NCBI GenBank assembly: GCA_002633005.1
Contig: NMRA01000048.1
Location: forward strand, 501,745 to 561,210
Source: Phoronis australis
Taxonomy: Eukaryota; Animalia; Phoronida
DNA length: 59,466 bases
Reading direction: 5' to 3'
Part shown: in pieces, positions 37,181 through 50,330 of the stretch
Position numbering within the stretch: the stretch's first letter is position 1
How the letters are laid out: each line of letters begins with the position of its first letter
Program-made: the position numbers and the translations under genes
The notes under the pieces: generated by a model
What the model was told of the DNA's origin: nothing
Database searches by the model: none
The model's input: only the letters and a program-made list of their open reading frames with translations

Positions 37181-40100
37181 ATGTCAAAATTTCACAGCAA
37201 GGCGCCAGGCCACCACGGTGCCCACGGTCGATGGAACACCAGTTCCAACAAAGGGAAAGGGTTGGGTTACCAATTGATGAGCAAAGAGGAACACGAATGG
37301 TATAAACAAATGATTCATGTGAGTAATGTTTTGAATGAGTGAAGGGACGTTTTCGATTTTACGAGCGAAAAACGTATTTTTGGATTGTTATTGGATACAA
37401 TGAGCCTCTTGACATTATTAGCTTTCACCGTTGTGTTTTGAGACTTTATTACAAGTCGCCAATTCTCGCCGTTGTCTGCAAAACATTCGCTGAAATCAGA
37501 ACTGGTGCCATTACCATTTAAAAACGTTTAGAGTTAATCTGCTGTATAACGTGACGTGATATTTGGCTCAGTGGCAGAGCTTTCGGTTGCTTCTGCGGAA
37601 TTACAGGGTTAGATTCCATGCTACTGTTAATTTCTGTAAAAATTACTTTTCTCGCTGAGAATGTCCCTTTAATCAAATAGTAATATATTTAATATCACTG
37701 AGCTTCTAGAATGTTTACGATTTTCACAAATCCCTGAGGCACTCGTCCCAGGTTGGATTTGTCGTTGGAGATGTGAGATATAGGCCTGCGGTAAGTAAAA
37801 TAATGTTTTCAATGGATTCATTCCTATTTCAAGTCGAAAAATTTGAGATTGAAAGGGATTTAAATGCTGAGTGTTTTAAAAATATTATCAATTGGCTTGT
37901 TTTGGAGGGAGTCGGGTTGTAAAATAGCAAGTAACGTGATTTTGTATTGATTTTATAATTTCGTTTATACAATTTAACTATTTCTTTTGTTATATGGCAA
38001 ATGAAACTTGAATGCTTTGAGTCGCAAATCTAATATACCCTCATTCGAAGATGGGGAAATAAACTTTTAAATCAAAAATGAATTTTCGATGTATGCCCAT
38101 CACTATTTTTTGTTTCTGGTCTTTGTGCCCATAGGAAAATTTAAAAAACGTGAAAACAAATTCAGTGGTAATTCATGGTCTATGTGTTGAGCTTCTGACT
38201 GTTTCTTTTTCTATGTTTACTAACTAAAAGGTTAGCTGCTTTTTATCTCAGGGTCTGAAATTCCCAGAATGGCAAACATAATCTCTTTCCAAGGGCTAAA
38301 GCCCCACTAGTTCCCCTGTGGTGCACCGCTAATAGACCATGGGCGCACTGAAAAAAGTGAAGGCTATAGCACCCCTGCCCACCAGCCCCCTATGGTGCGC
38401 CGCCTATGCTTTACATTCGAGTTATCCACCTTGCAGGGTTTTCCTCCCACAAAATTTATTTCTCCAGTCGTCACCAGTAAACACATGACCCTAATGTATA
38501 TCTTTTATGAGCGTTTGACCTTATCTATGGTATATGTCCCCATATTAGGCCAACAGCATACATTCGGTTGGTTCTGGTCCCTATTTATTACTTGGTGAAG
38601 TAAATTTCGCCAAGTATGTTGGTCTTCCATCAAGTTTGCAGTTTTTTTTTGTTTCTTCGCTGGATACAGGTCGCAATTTTCGTCTGATCATCACGAAATT
38701 TACACATAACACGTAGTTCCGGATGTACTGGAAGCCTATTGTTTTTCGTCGTAATCGGATCCAAGATTGCGGATGTGGCGGCCATTTTGTTTTCGAATAA
38801 AGGTTCAAATGCTTCTGGAGGCTCCAATTTTTTACGTAAAAGGCTAAGAAAAGGCACAGTGAATGGACCGGAAGTGTGCTACGAGTATACGGGAAATTGT
38901 TTACTTCCGGTTAAAGATAGTGGAAATATTGGCGATCGCGCATGCGCACCTCGATTTTGGCCTAAAAACGTTTTATCCTGTAGAGGGCGCATTATATGGC
39001 CAATTTCTTCGAATTTTTGCAGGTGTTAGTTTCTTATGACATGCTATTATACAAAGCCAATCAACCGGAAGTTGCTTTCAAGATGGCGGATCTGGCGCAT
39101 GTTGACTTTTCAGTCGTGCTGGAGAGCGATTTTAAACGGGAAGAGAAAAAGACGTGATTTTTTGCATGTGGATTGTTTGAGGTATACTCTTTCAAATGAC
39201 CTGTAACAATTTTTTGTCAGACTTACCGTTTTTGAGTTATTTGACTTTGAAATTCTTTTAAAAAAACCCAAAATTTCATTTTTTTCGAAAAATTTACGGA
39301 ATTTAACAATACCATCAGTTTAGATAGAGTTTTGAACTGGCTTTCAGAAGATGTTTTCTATTTTTCGCTAGGACGTCTACTTTTTGAGTTATTTGAGATT
39401 TTCTGATAGCGCTGTTCCTTTGTTGAACGCTCTTGCTGCATTGATGTTGGTTTAGCATCTATTGAACTAGACTGTAGCCTATTTCTTATTGATTTATGAC
39501 ATCTAAGTTCGTCATATGAATGTTATGATGTTGTTCATAATCGCCACCACCATCATCATATTCGTCATCTTCGTCATCATCTCCGACGTCGTCTTTTCTT
39601 CAGTTAATTTTGCCAAGTGTCGCTCAAGACTGTAGCCTATTTCTTAGTGATTTCTGACCTCTACGTTCGTCATATGAATGATATCATAACTTGCATTGTC
39701 CATCATCGCCACCATCGTCGTCATAGCTGTCATCTTCGTCTTCATCTCTGTCGTCGTCTTTTCTCGTCATCTCTAACGTGTTTTTTTTTTCTTTTTTCTT
39801 TTATTTTTGAAAATCGAGTCGATGGTGGCTGTATTTCTAGTTGTTCATTTTTTTAAAAAAGAAAATCTACGTGAGAAGAGCAAAAATCATGCAGGATTTT
39901 CTTTTGTTTACTCATAGCTTGGCAAATCATGACGTTTGGCAAATCATGGCGTTTGGCAAATCGTGGCGTTTGGCAAATCATGGCGTTTCAAATCTTGGTT
40001 TCGTGCCTTCTGTGCAGCTTTTCAAAAAAAAATTGGCTGAAATTCATGGGGGGCAGTGGGTGTGTTTTGTTGTTTTTAGTGGCTGAACGCGGGTCTCAAT

Positions 40101-43100
40101 ATGAGTTTGGGTAGAAACCCGGCAAAGCCAACTACGTTTTTTGAATAATCCGTTTTCAGTTGTGGCATGCACTTCCAATTCATAAAGTCATTGAATCAGA
40201 TGAGCAAAACTTCGATCATATGCCGTTTTAAAAACTTTCTCCTTGGTTTTATCCAAGTGTTTCGTGTATAGCAACGGGTTTTATATTCGAATTATAATGC
40301 TTGCTGCTTAAATGTTTTTAAACAGGCCCAAGTATCTTTTGTTGCACTTTATCCATTCTTTGTACTTTCATTATAATAAGTTGCTCTTTAAGTTATTGCT
40401 CCAGTGTTTGACATTGGTCGGGTAAATTCACATGAATACACGGGTCGTGATCCCAGCACACGTATACAAAGATCTAAGACGAGTACCTCCCGTTGACCAA
40501 GAACGCCTAATTGATTGGGTACTTTCTGCGTATCATTAGCCTCAGGTTTTCTCGTGCTATTTGACGGAAGCGTACGGTAGCTCTTCGCTTATTTAGCTCA
40601 CGCTACGGCCGACAATTGAAAGTCTATTTTCTCAAATATTCTCCGAAAGAAGATGACTAACACTTTAGTGTATTACCAACGTGGTTTGTATTGTATGGAT
40701 GTCGTAAAACAATATTTGGTAAAGTTTCCATTATTTGTAGCAAGGAAATCATTTTTGGATGATTATTTTGACAGTTATTTTTGTGCATAATAAGTGGAGA
40801 AGTACCGTTTCAGTAGTCGTCTATTTGCTTAACGTGTGCCAAGATTTGGATATGAAATACTTGAACCATTTGGCGAAGTGTACAAAAAGGTCCGCCTTAG
40901 ATAAACATGAAGTCCTAGAAAACGAGACAAAAGTCCAATGAAAAAGCACAGACGCACAGTGAAGGTGGTACCCTGTTTTTTTTAGTCCTCCCTCTTTTTT
41001 GTCAGCAAAAGGTCCACATCAGAAATGCGAGCCCCCCGCCCTCCATATTAAAGGCTGGGTGCGCGCATGGAGTAATTTTGTCATGTGTAAATGTGTTTCA
41101 AAATGGCACCAAAAGACCAGGGGTCTGTTTCATGAAAGGGACCGAACGCTCCCACTTCACAGTTGCTCAAAATAGTATAACCAAGTAGTTATGAGCACGT
41201 GTAACCAAGTAGTTATGAGCACGTGTAACCAAGTAGTTATGAGCACGTGTAACCAAGTAGTTATGAGCACGTGTAACCAAGTAGTTATGAGCACGTGTAA
41301 CCAAGTAGTTATGAGCACGTGTAACCAAGTAGTTATGAGCACGTGTAACCAAGTAGTTATGAGCACGTGTAACCAAGTAGTTATGAGCACGTGTAACCAA
41401 GTAGTTATGAGCACGTGTAACCAAGTAGTTATGAGCACGTGTAACCAAGTAGTTATGAGCACGTGTAACCAAGTAGTTATGAGCACGTGTAACCAAGTAG
41501 TTATGAGCACGTGTAACCAAGTAGTTATGAGCACGTGTAACCAAGTAGTTATGAGCACGTGTAACCAAGTAGTTATGAGCACATGACAGCCATAAATAAG
41601 TTATTGAAATTATCTCGGTAACAAGGATTTCCGTGCATACTCTCAAAGACAACTCTTTTGCTCACATGAGATCGATGTTTTTTTCTAAAATAGTTGTGTG
41701 GAGAATAAGAGCAAATTTCTGATCAAAGTATTTTTAGTCTCTTTTCATGAAACAGGACCCTGGTCTTCAAAGCTAGTTTTCTGCAAGACGAATACCAAAC
41801 TTTTGTTGGTAAAAATATTTCCATGCTTTCCTCACAAGATTAGTGTGAATGCTTTCCATACCGACAAAACAACGTGCAGACATAAATATATTCCGAGAGA
41901 AATTAATCCGTTGGCGTTTAGGCTAGATATTTTTAGAACCAAAAGCTCTTCCAACTTTTAACGTTGCTTTCACGCTATCATCATCACCAGGTGAACAGTC
42001 CAATCAGGAAGAGACTGCGACGCAGTCGGTTTAAGCATGAATACGACACTACCTACGAAACGTACGGCGAATGGTATGACCCGGATGTGTGGTGTCGTGC
42101 TCCAAGAGCCGACACGGGACTAAGTTGGAACTACCATGAGGAACGGCAACTGAACGACATCACACCGACGGGAAACGTCGAGTATGGGAATTTCTACAAC
42201 AGTAAGCAAAAGAAGTGCCATGGTTCCACTGTAATTGTAATTCATTTATCTCTGGTGTGCACGTCGTAGTACCAATTATATACTTGAGTGGAGTAAGCAC
42301 TAGGACTTCATTGCTACAGGCATCACTCATTCGAACAAAAAAGTAACTGTGTGCAGAAACAACGACAGATCCCTAATAACTCTCGGATCTTCAATCGAAA
42401 TTGGAGAATGCTTGACCTGCAGTGAAGCATTTCTCATATGTGACTATGACCAATCGTCATTCACAAAGCTTTTTCATACTGCTGACCCCTGATTTCGTGT
42501 TTCTATGGCCGCTTGCAAAAAGCAGTCACAATAGGTACTCAATCCTTCCTAAATTTTCAGCGCATTGATTGCCCTTTCTTCTGCTATGCACCGGGAATAA
42601 ATTATGTATTGAATTCTTTATATTACTTGAAATATTGAGGGACCTTTTCGTGTAACGCCTCCTAACTTAATGATTTAACCCCTATTTATTTTAATGGAAA
42701 TATATGGCCTATTGTTATTAGAAAATGTCAATTATAAATGAATAATTCGCGGTAAAGTAAAATGACAAAATATGAAAGACAAGAGAAAAAACAAGCAATG
42801 TCCACAAATGCGCTGAAAGTTTAGGGAACTGTTTCATGCAAACAGACACGTCTGTTACTTTAACCAATTCGTTGTCAGAAACGTTTATTAATGGCATTTG
42901 TCATGCTCAATCTGGCCAATCTGTCCACGAACAGTGAGGCATGCAGTGTCCACTGTTGTGACCATTGAAGTGGGCGTAGTACAATTCACTCCCGTCAGTC
43001 ATGGACTGAATACAAACGGCGATTGTACAGTGTTTCGATCATGTGGCTTATGTTTGAACATAGAACTACAGTTCTATGGTTTGATTCACTGCAATTACTG

Positions 43101-43770
43101 TTTCATAGGCTGTGTTTTTGCCTGTGTCCGAGGAGCGGCGTTGTTAGCGTTCACCTCACAGACAGGCAGTTTATTGCTCACGGCTTGCTATTACAAAAAA
43201 GGAGATTTTTATCAAAACCTCTGGATGATTTTTTAATTCCAGTGATTGATGTGCGTTTTGTAGGTTGCGTATTGTATCAGAGGTTGTTTTTCAGAATTAA
43301 CAAACGATCGCCTGAGAGCTTATACTCATATCAAAAGGTTTCCTCGGCATACCGCTTTGACTGAAGGAAGAGAGGAGGAAAGTGCTAGAAAAGCCAAAGT
43401 GTCTGCGGGCCAAAAAACGGAAGAAGTGCTTCCAGATGAGGCACCCGAACCCATTATTAAACCCTCGCCACCAAAAACGAAACGCCGCAAATGGACAGTT
43501 GTTGAAACCAACCCTCTTCGAAAGAACAAGTTGCCCCCTGTACAAGAAGCTAAAGGATGCGCCGGGAAGTGCAACTGTGAGTGTAAGGGAAAACAGGGAG
43601 CGGACAAAAAATCGAAAACACCTGCAAAGTCACCTCCAAGGGAAGGTGTTGTCAAGAAAGAATCAAAATTGCCGCAGATTGAAAAAATACATATTGGCAT
43701 GACATTAAAGAATGGCGGAGTACTCAACATCAACGCTCAACCTGAAAAGATGATGTTGGTTGCTAAATAA
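37181..43770 (+). CDS. Uncharacterised protein (~301 aa), candidate ciliary/axonemal protein
   Basis: Exons 37181-37318, 37710-37790, 41991-42201, 43295-43770, all with canonical AG/GT and compatible phases (906 nt). MSKFHSKAPG...YDTTYETYGEWY...PTGNVEYGNFYN, followed by a Lys/Pro-rich C-terminus. Confidence 0.72.
37341..37670. mobile_element. Small MITE with internal tRNA-like segment
   Basis: AAGGGACGTTTTC...GAGAATGTCCCTTTAA termini; internal TGGCTCAGTGG...GGGTTAGATTCC (A/B-box-like) at ~37564-37618. Confidence 0.45.
38440..39910 (-). mobile_element. Probable Helentron/DINE-like non-autonomous repeat
   Basis: Intronic block with repeated TTTTTGAGTTATTTGA and GGCGGCCATTTT motifs, CAT/CGT microsatellite-like duplicated units (39470-39770) and an AACAAAAGAAAATCC end. 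Family assignment is inferred. Confidence 0.35.
41118..41762. mobile_element. Harbinger-like MITE carrying a 24-bp minisatellite
   Basis: CAG|GGGTCTGTTTCATGAAA...TTTCATGAAACAGGACC|CTG (CWG-type flanks); same TIR family as 7330. Confidence 0.62.
41178..41582. repeat. 24-bp perfect minisatellite, ~17 copies
   Basis: Unit TAACCAAGTAGTTATGAGCACGTG with no visible variants. Confidence 0.97.
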
Positions 43771-45164
43771 GAGCACGAGAAAATATTGTGCAAAGTCCAT
43801 CATTTTTAGGCGCATCTCTATGATTAAAAAACGTGTGATCCAATTAATTTACAAGGCGACAAGGTAACTCGTTTCATCATGGAGACGTTATTCATAAAAA
43901 AGCCAAGATTTAATTTTCTCCTCTAGCCAACGTCCTTCTATGTGTAGGGGTAGCTTATATGTACTTTGATGCAGAAAACTTGACATCTATTTCCTCTGCT
44001 AGTGCTTCTGATAGTTGACGCTTACGTAATCCTTCATTTCCGTCGAAGCCGTTCTTGGCAATGTAGGTGGAAATGAAAATGTCAAACAAAAGACATACAG
44101 TTTACACATGTATATTGGTGATTTTGAGTAATTTATTACAGACTTGCCCTCATACACGGGTCACCGTAGATTCTTGTATACCAATCCGAAAGGATACACT
44201 TATTTCCATGGAAACGGTGAAGTCAAGGGCAAACTGTTAACACAGCAATCTTATTGCAACTGTGTGGAAAACTATGGATATTGAACGTAGCCTTCAACGC
44301 CAGATATCGATAGCGAGTAGACAGTAATCAAAGGAACAGCGCATAATTTTAATAAATCGAACCTATAAACATTAAATTATTGTTTATTACATACCATTTT
44401 CTCCGCATCAACTCATTTCGGTTAGCATTAAGATTAAATGCAAATACGCGATTGATTTTTCTTTTTTAAAGTGCCAAATGCACATCTGTATTTTAAAACA
44501 CCATAACATATTTTTGGACCAGAGTATTCACTCACGTAAACATACAGATAAAACGAAGAATAAATACAACAAGATAGGTATAAATAAAATAAAATAAAAC
44601 ACATCTAACAATAGGTAGTAAATAGACTTACACTTGAAAATGGTTGACCTGGTATACGCAAACATGACCATTTATGTTGCAAATGTATACTTTCCGTGAT
44701 TGCTAAGTATTCGGTCAATGGAAGTTTGAAGGAACATATTCAAGTTCCCTTTTTGTATCTGCGACATAAGATATATTAATTGATTGTTATTCAAAACATT
44801 AAGTACTTAGATTTGTCAACAAAATTATCCTACAAGTAAAGTCTTCAACTGAATCAAGCAAGTAACAGAGTTTCACATTGACCCGAAAAATGTTAAAACT
44901 AAAATTTACAACACTCATCCCTAAGGCCAAAAATGCATGCGGATTTTTTGATTGCTGTAATGAAAGCTTGAATTTCGAAAATGTGAGTCAACTAGCGTGA
45001 ATCTATCCTTTGATGCAAAATGGCGCACGAGCGTTTGGCTAATTAAAATGACAGAAACGTCCATGGAGACATGGCACTACATTCAAATTCAACATCAGTC
45101 ATAACATATTGCGATTAATCTTGAAATAAACACTTATACATTTGGGACATCATCTGAAGAGAGG

Positions 45165-45336
45165 CAATAATAAACACTGATTCAATTGGTAGACACGATA
45201 CCCAGTTCAATAATAAACACTGATTCAATTGGTAGACACGATACCCAGTTCAATAATAAACACTGATTCAATTGGTAGACACGATACCCAGTTCAATAAT
45301 AAACACTGATTCAATTGGTAGACACGATACCCAGTC
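45165..45336. repeat. 43-bp tandem repeat, 4 copies (3' UTR of the phosphoesterase gene)
   Basis: Unit CAATAATAAACACTGATTCAATTGGTAGACACGATACCCAGTT. Confidence 0.93.
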
Positions 45337-45361
45337 CATGAAAAACATCGATGCCACTCGA

Positions 45362-48300
45362 TTATTCAAGGTTTTCTAATTCGTCTTCCACCTCGGCCTG
45401 TCCTTCCGTCTTCAAAAAGACTGGCTTTTGTTTCTCAGAATTCGATTGTGACAACTGTTTGCAATCAAGCGTCACTCTTCCATTTCCTATGTTCTTCTTT
45501 GGAGGATGTATTGTTACTGTGGAAAACTGTAAAACACGAAAGTTATTTGCATACTTTATTCCCAGCCAAACATTTATGCCTCGTCGACAGGCCTAACCGT
45601 CATCACAGACGCACGAAATCTTTGTACGTGTACACACGTCATTCCGTTTAGGTCATTCACACAAAACGAGCTTATAAGCTCCGGGCACTGAACTTTAAGT
45701 CTCGGTCATAAAGCTTACCTAAGAAAAGAAATAAATCTTCTTATCACATATTCAACTAGTAAACTTTTTATTAGCCTGGGAGCTTTAAGTTAAGTATATG
45801 GCCTGGGGACCAAATTGTCTTTATGCATTGTCGGACTATGGGGAACAATTGGCTAAAACTACATATACGAGTACCCAATCGCTCAAGAAAAAGTTCTAAA
45901 AGTCATTTTTTTGAAAGTGTGCATATTGGGTAAAAATTGTCAGCCCAACAGATGCAACACTATTCACCTCTTCTCAAGAAATTACACATAATTTTTCGCC
46001 ATTATAGACCTACCTCTTTTTCATTAGTCCAAGAGCCACAGTTTACGTAAATAACATCATTTCCGTTGTTGGCTTTGTACTTGCGCAGTTGGCCACTGAC
46101 GTCATGAGCTAGGACGACTACATCTTCGTCGCACTGTTTTACAAACCAACAATAGTCTCCGGCGGTAGCTTTCATCATGTTAAGAACGTAATCCTCACCG
46201 TGCTGGAATAGATGCCAATTTCATGAGGGTGGACAGATTCTTCAAAATGCATCAAAGCCTAAAAATACTCTCAGTATAGTGTTTTGTTAACCCATTAGTT
46301 ACCGTTGAACAGATCTTTGAATAAAAAATCTTTGCATAAGATATTCACTCTGAAGGGTACAGCTAAAAAAATTCTTAAAAATCTCATTCAGTAAAAGTTG
46401 CCATTCCGAAATGCTCCGTGTGGAACGGGATCTTAAGAGATAACCAATTCGAGGTAATTTTACAACTTGTTTTACAACTGTATTTTAGACGACTGGGTGA
46501 ATACCTGTTCACACAAAAACTGTACGAGTGGATATGACGTCATGCTTCTAAGCGTGATATATTTGCCGTCATCCACGACACATTTTGTGTCAAGGTCGAG
46601 TTTCTGTCCTGGCATTGCTTTCGATAAAAGACATGTCAAGAATCTTTCTTGCACTTGAGGTACACTCAATGCTTTTACAAGATCACGCTCTATCGCTGGC
46701 CCGCATTCTTCCAGAAACGTAGCTGTGAAGTTCTGCAACAGTTTTTCCACTACACCCTCTTTGGCGCCATTAATCGAACACATTGCTCTTGATACGTAAT
46801 ATCCAATTGGTTTTTTGCACAATAGTTGATTTTTACTTTCAAGTGAATACGAAGTAAATAAATCCCACTCATGCCCATGAGAAAATCTAATGCGATACTC
46901 CTTCCCTTGATCTTGGATTCTATACACCAAAGTGCCTTGGATAAAAGTTACACTGTCGCCAAATAAGCGTTCAACATCCGACACGGCAACCTCGTGGTCA
47001 TGGTTACCACGTATGAAGTACACCTTGACTCCACATTCTCTCGATAGTTTTTGGATACAAGAGACAAAGTACTCGCATAATTTGTTCTTCCATTTCACAA
47101 GCGTCTCATTGGGTGTTTGAGCGGAAGCATCAAAAGTATCCAACCACATCTCAAGAATGTCACCCAGCAGAACTACCGTGTGAACTTGGTCAGTTGCCTT
47201 TGTCAGTAAGTCATCCAAAAACTCTCTAACATTAGCTTCTGTTCCAGCTGTTAATGGACGTCCAAAGTGTATTCCACCAAAAGCAAGGATGTCTCTTTTG
47301 TCGCAGTCAGCATCAAGATCAATGCTGACCTCCGTCACCTTTTCCAAGCAGCCATCAGATGGCAGAGTATATCCAGCCTCTTTCTTCCTGCGGGGCACCC
47401 ATTCCGCGACGTTTCCTTTGACAACACCCTCAGCATTAATATTTGCAGCATGCTTTTTATTTGTAATCGGTGAAACTTCTCTCGCCAACAAGTCCGAGAC
47501 GTCGTTTGAGCTGTTCGTGTCCCATTTTATATCGATTTCGGTGAAATATTCCGGAATTGCGGGAAATTCACTAGGGTTCGCTTTAATTCCCGTTTCCGGT
47601 TCCAGCTTTGTTAACGCGTTGTTAATACATTCACCTATTGTAACTGGTGTTTGTTCCTGGAAAAAAGGAACACGTGAATTATCAAAACGATAAAAAATCA
47701 ACCACCATCAACAACGAATGACGACTACTTAATCGAGCTGATAATCCTGAAACCGAACATAGCAGCAATAGCTTCACTGACACGTGCCACACAGATTTCC
47801 TGAAATAATTCATATTATCCGAAGTGTAAAACTGATCATTGTTGGAGAAAAGTTTGATAACATTAAGTTTACTCAGTGTTGGCCTGTCGAGTACCTTTAT
47901 GAATTATTATTTATGAGACTTTCGTGGAATTGATTGTTGTTTCCCAATGTATGGTTGCTGAGTTCTACATCAAGCCAGGGAAACAAAATCACATCGACAG
48001 GAAAACACAATCAACACCAGTGTGTTTACTCCGGTCTATTTTGCCAACCATACAAACATCTTGTGACATTATGTACTTTAAGTATAATGTCGAGAAATCA
48101 CGCCCAATATTTGCAGTAGCTAACACAATGCCAAGTCAACATCAAGTGATGACTCGCGCATACTTGAGCAAACACTAACATTTAAAGTCGTCCTCGTTCG
48201 TGAACAAACTACCTTTCAACTCGGATCTTTTGCAATCTATACATAGACGATAATAGAAATTTTTCTTCAAACACCTCAGTCTTAATTGAATAAGAAACAA

Positions 48301-50330
48301 TTAAACACGGCAATCTGTTTTTCTATTCATACTGTAAAAATCGATCGCATGCAGTTTCGGGACAACAAGCATGCATTTCATGAGTCCCGAATTATCGTGA
48401 GCATCGGTAGTATACAACTATAAGAATTGAGCTAATGAACACAGCGTGATCAATTTATGTACGGATTACAGAAAGGATTTCCTGACATAAACATGTGCGT
48501 CTTCACAGATGTGANAAAATGAAGAGAACGAACGTAGGTCTTGTAGATGACGAGGTAGGTGGCTGAATGAGAGACCACGTTGAACAGAACAAAGGAAATA
48601 TGGGCGTCCAATCAGGAGTTGCGTAGAGAAACGTATGAATACAAAAGTAGGCCCTAGGGCTATAAAAAAGATGAGTAATGCAAAATAAACCCTAAGGACT
48701 GGTCTCAAAATAAAGAGACAATTGTCAAAATAATTACGATAAATGCATTTAACAAGTTAAATTTAATTTATCAAATACTATTCTAATCCATCAACCCTCA
48801 CTGAGAAGTATTTAATCGCTGCAATCATTGAGAAAAATGGGCTGGGTTGCTTAAAACTTCAAAAGTTATCTGAACTCGCATGTCGAAGCATACCTAGCAA
48901 GAGTTTAAAGTCATGTGACTGGCTATTATTACATTTTAGCCTGGTATTCTTTGAGCATAATTTTTGAAACAGTTGTTTAATACCTATTGTGAAAAATACA
49001 ATGTGCAATAATAACAGTTAAGCTAATAAAGCGCTACAAAGCATAATATCTAGGCGTTGAGAACGTTTAAAGTTGCCAAATGCTTGTTTTTTACCATTTT
49101 GGTTGATTTAATAGCCGGTACGGAAAATACACTAGTGGGATTTTAAGAGTTTCCACTAAATTTTGATTTTTTCATCAAACGGGTCTATTGTTACTTGACA
49201 AAGTAAACTTTGACAGAAGTAACCGACAAATCTGGGATACCAATTTTTATCGTTATTAGAGGTACACGCGGCATTGGGGTACTTCTTGGACCTCTATGAA
49301 ACTTCCATGTATTACATACAAACATCTCGTTTAAATTTGTTTTTTAATCGTCATAGACTTTAAGTGCCAGAAAACTCGTGAATGAAATGTAATTGTTTAT
49401 TACCTGACTCAGATACCTGACGCAGAATGTTATGTTTAGTACCATAAAATAATTTCTAGACACTTTTTAAAAAACACGGGAATAACCCTAAAGGAACAAT
49501 ACCATCGGAGCCAAAAATCTGACACACCAATTTCTCATTGCCACAGGAAACTATCATTGTAAAAAATTATCATCAAAGAAAAGTGCTTTTACAAAAACAA
49601 CAATCACGTGATATTTTGGCACACAAGTTAGGGTCGATTTTAAAGGATTCACGAGATACGTTTGTAGCTTTGTGAGTTGAAAATGCTTGAATATGCGAAT
49701 GAAATTTCTCAACCAATTGTCAATAACCATTTAAGTTTTACGAGGAAATGCTACGAGCTTAAAATAATCACCTTGGACAAGTCGGTCTATTCACAAAATC
49801 TCCACCTTTAGAAACAGTTCCTTCATGGCAAAGAACGAGAGAAGTTACGTACTTGAAGACTATAAGTTAGGTACGCATAACGCTTCGAGCTTGCCTCAGG
49901 CCCTTGTTCACATGACTGTCATGTGAACAAGGGCTTGAGCTGCATGCTCGGAACGCTATGCGTACCTAACTTATAGTCTTCCACTAAGAAACTTCTCTCG
50001 TTTTTTATCATCATCACGGAACACAACGATGAATTATGAACAGTTCTGTCATATAGCAGAGAAAATGAACCATCACATGATATCGAAGTGAACGTTTAAC
50101 TTCGAAAGCAATAGGACTTCAGCCTCATCGGTGTTCAGTCAAGCACTCATAGCATTATGACAGTATTACACTCTACACATATTATAACCATGCTTTCTTA
50201 CCTTCTTTTGTTGAGACTTGTTGTTGTTGTTGCTTTTGTTGTTACTGTTGTACTTTGCGGTGCTGCTTACTGTAGGCTGTTTTTTGGGTGTCGAGTTAGA
50301 CGAGGCCGGCTTAGAGCTTCCGCTTCCCAT
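45362..50330 (-). CDS. LpxH/YbbF-like calcineurin-type metallophosphoesterase with N-myristoylation motif (~544 aa)
   Basis: Exons 50330-50202 (MGSGSSK...), 47656-46505, 46202-46014, 45526-45362, all phase-0 GT-AG. Motifs: AFGGIHFG, VLLGDILEMW, YFIRGNHD, FSHGHEWD, VVVLAHDV, YVNCGSW. The N at 48515 lies in intron 1, so small exons could be missing. Confidence 0.82.
49830..50005. repeat. ~175-bp hairpin / palindromic MITE
   Basis: AACGAGAGAAGTT...AAGACTATAAGTTAGGTACGCATA...CCCTTGTTCACATGAC-T-GTCATGTGAACAAGGG...TATGCGTACCTAACTTATAGTCTT...AACTTCTCTCGTT. Confidence 0.85.

Noticed and set aside
41157-41652. Overlapping repeat ORFs / CRISPR-like appearance
   Set aside because: Head-to-tail 24-bp repeat with no spacers, no cas genes, eukaryotic context. 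The same applies to all other arrays in the window.
46203-46258. Alternative acceptor TTTTTAG for phosphoesterase exon 3
   Set aside because: Gives a premature stop; the acceptor at 46203 restores the AH and YVNCGSW motifs.
46472-47701. Bacterial contamination explaining the LpxH-like ORF
   Set aside because: The domain is split by canonical spliceosomal introns and is contiguous with host repeats and genes.
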